A stretch of 11,400 nt of DNA from Enhygromyxa sp. (GTDB taxonomy: Bacteria; Myxococcota_A; Polyangia; Nannocystales; Nannocystaceae). Shown here one piece after another: positions 7,489 to 11,400 of this stretch. A program made the translations under genes and the position numbers. The notes under the pieces were generated by a model. That model was not told the DNA's origin. It searched no databases and saw nothing but the letters and a program-made list of their open reading frames with translations. Each line of letters opens with the position of its first letter. Position 1 is the stretch's first letter. The DNA lies in assembly GCA_035538075.1 (NCBI GenBank), contig DATLLB010000914.1, positions 1 through 11,400 of the forward strand, written 5' to 3'.

Positions 7489-7578
7489 CGCTCGATATTC
7501 CCCAGCCGGTCACCGGTCTACAACCCGACACATCCGGCAATCCATTCGTGTATCCTCGCTGTAACCCTGGAGCCCACG
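7489..7578. promoter_or_regulatory. Divergent promoter region between the lipoprotein gene (minus) and the large hydrolase gene (plus). It contains the 11-bp palindrome CCGGTcACCGG at 7506-7516 and a GGAG RBS at 7570-7573.
   Basis: This is a 90-bp non-coding gap flanked by two divergent start codons. The inverted repeat is perfect (arms CCGGT/ACCGG). No sigma-70-like -35/-10 can be assigned confidently. Confidence 0.3.
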
Positions 7579-9642
7579 ATGAAGCGCTTGACCCTGTTGG
7601 TGACCCCTGCTTTGGCATTGACCCTCGCCGCGACTGCCGGCTGCAACGACGACGCGCCTGCGGAGGGCGAGGCTGGCACCGAGACTGGTGATGGCGATGG
7701 TGATGGTGACGGTGACGGCGACGGTGATGGCGACGGCGACGGTGATGGCGATGGTGACGGCGACGGTGATCCGATTGAAGAGCCCGATCCCGAGGTCGCC
7801 TGGCCCACGCTCGAGTGCGATCCGCTGGTGCCCGAGTACTGCCTGTTCCCCTACCCCAACAACGTGTTCACGACCGCCGATGCCGAGTCGGTCACCGGTC
7901 GTCGGCTGGCGCTGACCACCGAGCGGCTGCCCTCGAAGAGCAACAACCCGATCGAGGCGGCGGTGTTCAACGAGGCCGACGGGTTCTCGCCAGGGCTCGC
8001 GGGCATGACGTACATGGAGGGCGCGACCGCGACCGGGCTGCCGAGCTGGACCGACATCGACGCCTCGCTCGAGGCCAACTCGCCGACCGTGCTCATCAAC
8101 GCCGAGACCGGCGAACGCGTCCCGCACTGGTCGGAGATCGACGCCTCGTTCCCCGGCGCCGACGAGAACGCGCTGATGGTCCGGCCGGCCGTGCGGCTCG
8201 ACGACAACACCCGCTACATCGTCGCGATCCGCAATGTCGTGAACGGGGCTGGCGAGGTGCTCCCGGCCAGCCCGGGCTTCGCTGCCCTGCGCGACCTGAC
8301 CCCGAGCGACGAGCCCAGCATCGAGGAGCGCCGCCCCCTCTACGCCGACATCTTCCAGCGCCTGGCCGACGCCGGGGTCGAGCGTGACTCTCTGCAGATC
8401 GCCTGGGACTTCACGACGGCGAGCCTGGAGAACAACACCGGCGACCTGCTGCACATGCGCGACGAGGCGCTGGAGATGTACGCGCCGGACACCGGCCCGA
8501 CCTTCACGATCACCAGCATCGACGATCAGTACGAGACCACCGACATCGCCTACAAGATCGAGGGCATGATCGAGGTCCCGCTGTACCTCGATCAGCAGGG
8601 CCCCGGCGGTCACATCGTCTATGGCGACGACGGGCTGCCCGAGCCGCAGGGCACCGCCGAGTTCCCGTTCTACGTGCTGATCCCCAACAGCGCGATCATG
8701 GAGCCCGCGCCGCTGCTGCAGTACGGCCACGGCCTGCTCGGCGACGCCAAGGAGATGTACACGGGCCACATGCGCTCGTTCATCAACGAGTACAACTACA
8801 TCCTGTTCGCGGTCGACTGGGTCGGCATGGCCGACGAGGACGCGATCAACATTGCGACGATGCTCAACAGCGGCGAGATGCACCGCTTCGAGGACGTCGC
8901 CGATCGCCTGCACCAAGGCCTGCTCAACTTCGTGCTGGCCACGCGCATGATGAAGACCAGCTTCGCCGCCGATCCGATGTTCGGCGCCTACGTCGACCCC
9001 AGCAACGCCTACTACCTCGGCATCAGCCAGGGCGGGATCTTCGGCGGGACCTTCATGGCGATCACGCAGGACATCGAGCGCGGGACCGTGTGCGTGTACG
9101 GCCAGCCCTACAACGTCCTGCTCAACCGCAGCGTCGACTTCGACATGTACTTCGCGATCCTCAAGCAGGGCTTCAGCGACTCGCGTGACCTGCAGATCAT
9201 CCTCGCGCTGATCCAGGGTCTGTGGGACCAGACCGAGCCGAACGGGTACAGCCACAAGATCAGCGCTGACCCGTTCCCGAACACGCCCGAGCATGCGGTG
9301 CTGATGCGCGCAGCGTTGGGCGATCACCAGGTCACCACGCTCGGCGCCCACATCGGCGCGCGCGCGGTCGGGGCGACCCACCTCGACACTGGCATCCGCG
9401 ACGTCTGGGGCCTCGACACCGCCAGCGAGACGAACGAGGGCAGCACCTACGTCGAGTACGACTTTGGGCTGCCGATGGATCCGATCGAGAACGTGCCGCA
9501 GGACGCCTGCGACGATCCGCACGGCAAGCTGCGCCGGCTCGAGGAGGCGCGCATGCAGATGGACACGTTCTTCCAGACTGGGGTGGTCGAGAACTTCTGC
9601 ACCGACGGCGTGTGTTCGTTTCCGGACATGAGCGGCTGTTAG
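7579..9642 (+). CDS. Large secreted (lipo)protein of 687 aa: signal peptide, a (GD)14 acidic linker, and a roughly 640-aa domain with an alpha/beta-hydrolase-like GxSxG nucleophile elbow (YLGISQGGIFGG)
   Basis: The ATG at 7579 is preceded by GGAG (6-nt spacer). Signal peptide MKRLTLLVTPALALTLAATAG|C. The GD repeat spans 7687-7770. The downstream domain has protein-like composition (W, Y, F, M-rich). TAG stop at 9640-9642, followed by a hairpin terminator. The 5572..7578 part of the track's ORF is an upstream stop-free extension and is not coding. Confidence 0.85.
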   Translation: MKRLTLLVTPALALTLAATAGCNDDAPAEGEAGTETGDGDGDGDGDGDGDGDGDGDGDGDGDGDPIEEPDPEVAWPTLECDPLVPEYCLFPYPNNVFTTADAESVTGRRLALTTERLPSKSNNPIEAAVFNEADGFSPGLAGMTYMEGATATGLPSWTDIDASLEANSPTVLINAETGERVPHWSEIDASFPGADENALMVRPAVRLDDNTRYIVAIRNVVNGAGEVLPASPGFAALRDLTPSDEPSIEERRPLYADIFQRLADAGVERDSLQIAWDFTTASLENNTGDLLHMRDEALEMYAPDTGPTFTITSIDDQYETTDIAYKIEGMIEVPLYLDQQGPGGHIVYGDDGLPEPQGTAEFPFYVLIPNSAIMEPAPLLQYGHGLLGDAKEMYTGHMRSFINEYNYILFAVDWVGMADEDAINIATMLNSGEMHRFEDVADRLHQGLLNFVLATRMMKTSFAADPMFGAYVDPSNAYYLGISQGGIFGGTFMAITQDIERGTVCVYGQPYNVLLNRSVDFDMYFAILKQGFSDSRDLQIILALIQGLWDQTEPNGYSHKISADPFPNTPEHAVLMRAALGDHQVTTLGAHIGARAVGATHLDTGIRDVWGLDTASETNEGSTYVEYDFGLPMDPIENVPQDACDDPHGKLRRLEEARMQMDTFFQTGVVENFCTDGVCSFPDMSGC
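7687..7770 (+). repeat. Coding tandem repeat, (GGY GAY)x14, encoding (Gly-Asp)14
   Basis: Read directly from the sequence: ggt gat ggc gat ggt gat ggt gac ggt gac ggc gac … . The synonymous third positions alternate, so the nucleotide repeat is imperfect while the peptide repeat is perfect. Confidence 0.92.
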
Positions 9643-9663
9643 CCGCACCCGCTTCTGGTTTTG

Positions 9664-9699
9664 AGGGCGGGACCGCTACGGTCCCGCCCTATTTTCATT
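9664..9699. terminator. Rho-independent terminator hairpin shared by the convergent genes 7579..9642 (+) and 9707..11242 (-)
   Basis: aGGGCGGGACC gctac GGTCCCGCCCt is a perfect 10-11 bp GC-rich stem with a 3-5 nt loop. On the plus strand it is followed by TATTTTCATT. On the minus strand the trailing sequence is TCAAAACC, so the U-tract is good for the plus-strand gene only. Confidence 0.6.
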
Positions 9700-9706
9700 C
9701 GATCAC

Positions 9707-11242
9707 CTACCCCGGCGGCGGCACGGGGCTGACGTCGCCGGGGATCGGCAGCTCGACGTCGCCGTAAACGGTCTTGTCCTGCTGCGTGACCTCGTGGTCG
9801 AGATCGATGAGCGTGCTGACTTCGATGCCGCCGCCGCCGTAGGGCGTACCTTGCAGGCCGTACACGACGTTGGGCGTGTAGAAGTCGAGCGCGTCGCCGG
9901 TCATCCACACGTAGCCGTTCTCGACGAAGTCGTGATCGACTCCGCCGGCGGCGCTGTAGGGCAGCAGCTCGCCGACGATGTACGTGGTGCCCTGGAAGAT
10001 CCAGTCGCCGTTTTGATAGTCGTACTCGAACGTGGTCGACTGGTGCGCGCCGGTCGAGTTGTCGGAGCCCATGGTTCGCTGCGCGACGAGCATCCAGCCG
10101 TTGTGGGCGAAGCTGATGTCGGAGACCGGCTGCGAGCCAGTGCCACCGCCGACCCCGGGCACCTCCAGCTCCTTGACCGCCGTCGCGGGGTCGATGATGC
10201 CGTCGTCGTCGACGTAGGCGACCGACCAGACCGAGTTGTTCTCGATCGCGTTCCCGCCTCCGTTCTCGACCCACACGCTGTAGTAGAGCCGACCGGCGTG
10301 CGACTGAACTGCCCAGGGCCGCTGGCCGAGCGGAGCGAACACGCCGTTGGGCTCACCCGGATCGTTCGCGGTTCCGATCGTCACATCGCCGGTCGCGTGG
10401 TGGTAGGTGCTGACGACCTGGCCGTCCATGTCGAGCTGGTAGATGCGGCCATCTTCGTGGTTGGAGACGTAGATGGTCTCGCTCACGCAGTCGTAGTTGA
10501 GGTTGCCCAGCGCCGGCCCGTTGTTGGGCAGCGTGGCGAAGGTGGTGATCTCCCCGGTGACGCCGTCAATCTTCTTGATCAGGCCCGGACTCGAGTTGGC
10601 GCCGTGGACGGTCGAGGCGGCGACGTAAAGATTGCCGTAGGAGTCCAGGGTGAGCCCGAAGATCTTGCCGAGGTTGGTGAGCGTCCACTCCGGTCGGCGA
10701 TAGAGCGGCGCGAGGTAGTTCATGTTGGGCGGCGGCGGATCGCCGGAGATGTCGACGATCGTGAGCGAGTAGTTGATGGGCGGGCCGTCCCAGTTGTGGT
10801 GCGTGACGATCGCTATGGTCTTGTCGAGGAAGGGCGCGTAGGCGGGGTCTTCGAACTGCGGGAAGTTGCCGGCTGCACCGTAGGTCTCCGACGCACGGCA
10901 AGAGCCCGGCCCACCGGGACCGCCTTGGCCCTCGCCGAGGTCGCCGATCGGCGAGAGGTCGAACTTCACACCCTCGGTGTCACCCTCCTCGCCGTCGGAA
11001 GGATCACCGTCGCCGTCACCGGGATCGCCGTCGCCGGGATCACCGTCGCCGGGATCGCCATCGCCGGGATCACCATCGCCATCGCCCGGAACATCATCGC
11101 TCTCGTCTTCTTCAGTGCCGGGATCGGCGTTGCTGTCGAAGCCGCCGGTCGAGGTGTCGCCGCTACCCTCGGGCGCACAGGCGGCGAGCCAGAGCAGCGG
11201 CAGAAGCGTGAGCGTGAGCGGATGACGGTGCGATATGGCCAT
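9707..11242 (-). CDS. Secreted lipoprotein of 511 aa with an acidic (GDGDP)n linker and a C-terminal repeat domain that resembles a beta-propeller
   Basis: Signal peptide with lipobox MAISHRHPLTLTLLPLLWLAA|C. A GAGGAA RBS lies 6 nt upstream of the ATG (minus strand). Linker: DDVPGDGDGDPGDGDPGDGDPGDGDPGDGDGDPSDGEEGD. The downstream region has recurring motifs typical of propeller blades, rich in Gly/Asn/Tyr/Val (…IYVSNHEDGRIYQLD…, …LYYSVWVENGGGNA…, …SVAYVDDDGIIDP…). TAG stop. Confidence 0.8.
   Translation of the reverse strand: MAISHRHPLTLTLLPLLWLAACAPEGSGDTSTGGFDSNADPGTEEDESDDVPGDGDGDPGDGDPGDGDPGDGDPGDGDGDPSDGEEGDTEGVKFDLSPIGDLGEGQGGPGGPGSCRASETYGAAGNFPQFEDPAYAPFLDKTIAIVTHHNWDGPPINYSLTIVDISGDPPPPNMNYLAPLYRRPEWTLTNLGKIFGLTLDSYGNLYVAASTVHGANSSPGLIKKIDGVTGEITTFATLPNNGPALGNLNYDCVSETIYVSNHEDGRIYQLDMDGQVVSTYHHATGDVTIGTANDPGEPNGVFAPLGQRPWAVQSHAGRLYYSVWVENGGGNAIENNSVWSVAYVDDDGIIDPATAVKELEVPGVGGGTGSQPVSDISFAHNGWMLVAQRTMGSDNSTGAHQSTTFEYDYQNGDWIFQGTTYIVGELLPYSAAGGVDHDFVENGYVWMTGDALDFYTPNVVYGLQGTPYGGGGIEVSTLIDLDHEVTQQDKTVYGDVELPIPGDVSPVPPPG
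10999..11087 (-). repeat. Coding tandem repeat of a roughly 15-bp unit (gggatcaccgtcgcc on the plus strand), encoding (GDGDP)n
   Basis: Read directly from the sequence: ggatcaccgtcgccgtcacc gggatcgccgtcgcc gggatcaccgtcgcc gggatcgccatcgcc gggatcaccatcgcc. The copies differ only at synonymous positions. Confidence 0.85.
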
Positions 11243-11328
11243 GACAATTTCCTCGAAGAGAACGCGACGACCGTAACACGGGCACTCCTGCGCGGGGGCC
11301 GTGTCACGCCGTGACTCGCTGCGTCGCG

Positions 11329-11400
11329 CTCAATTAGCGTTCAGCAGCCGCCGACGCACGACCGTCAGATCCACCCAGGCGTCGTCCTTCATGACCACGA
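11329..11400 (-). CDS. C-terminal end of a minus-strand gene that continues beyond the window (…VVMKDDAWVDLTVVRRRLLNAN*)
   Basis: The reverse-strand frame ends with a TGA at 11329-11331. The 23 preceding codons are open and biased toward G/C in the third position. This is too short to assign a family. Confidence 0.35.

Noticed and set aside
5572-7578. Upstream 2-kb extension of the 1356-aa plus-strand ORF
   Set aside because: It has no stop codons but an Arg/Gly/Asp-rich junk composition. It overlaps two well-supported minus-strand genes. The real start is the ATG at 7579, which has an RBS and a signal peptide.
7518-7808. The (PS)n ORF, and the SPSPG ORF at 10977..11225
   Set aside because: These are antisense read-through of the GD and GDGDP coding repeats. 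They are not independent genes.
5786-9648. 610-aa and 712-aa minus-strand ORFs (5786..7618 and 7510..9648)
   Set aside because: They are antisense to the rhodanese gene, the lipoprotein gene and the large hydrolase gene. They are extremely Arg/Ala/Gly-rich and the frame has no coding bias.
9794-11314. 506-aa plus-strand ORF
   Set aside because: It is antisense to the well-supported beta-propeller lipoprotein gene. It has a V/G/R/D-rich low-complexity composition.
1-11400. Search for tRNA, rRNA, CRISPR, IS elements or integrase remnants
   Set aside because: There are no direct-repeat arrays with unique spacers, no cloverleaf-like conserved tRNA boxes, and no terminal inverted repeats or transposase-like ORFs. 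GC content is uniform across the window, so there is no obvious horizontally acquired island boundary, although the MVP gene itself is of probable horizontal origin.

Overview
This is a high-GC window (roughly 70% GC, with a strong G/C third-position codon bias in the real genes). It looks like a chromosomal segment from a myxobacterium-like organism; that taxonomic guess is an inference from composition and the many lipoproteins with poly-Gly-Asp linkers. I support nine to eleven protein-coding genes and found no rRNA, tRNA, CRISPR or IS elements.

Gene order, with the numbers as labels used below:
- Minus strand, co-directional and tightly spaced: (1) a partial hypothetical gene, 1..266; (2) a hypothetical gene, 267..695; (3) a full-length major vault protein (MVP) homolog, 699..3146; (4) a lipoprotein alpha/beta-hydrolase with a GHSAGG motif, 3198..4505.
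- Plus strand, divergent from (4) across only 27 bp: (5) fdhD, a formate-dehydrogenase sulfurtransferase/accessory protein with SSCGVCGK and GRHNAVDK motifs, 4533..5396.
- Minus strand, convergent on (5): (6) a rhodanese-domain protein fused to an uncharacterised C-terminal domain rich in Cys and His, 5374..6759, preceded by (7) a small lipoprotein, 6769..7488.
- (8) Plus strand: a 687-aa secreted lipoprotein with a (GD)14 linker and a large GxSxG hydrolase-like domain, 7579..9642.
- (9) A perfect hairpin terminator, 9664..9699, shared with the convergent gene (10).
- (10) Minus strand: a lipoprotein with a (GDGDP)n linker and a beta-propeller-like domain, 9707..11242.
- (11) The C-terminal end of another minus-strand gene, 11329..11400.

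The most notable item is the bacterial MVP homolog and its immediate neighbours. Many very long ORFs in the supplied track (237..2825+, 490..2058-, 5786..7618-, 7510..9648-, 9794..11314+) are antisense or alternate-frame artefacts of the high GC content.
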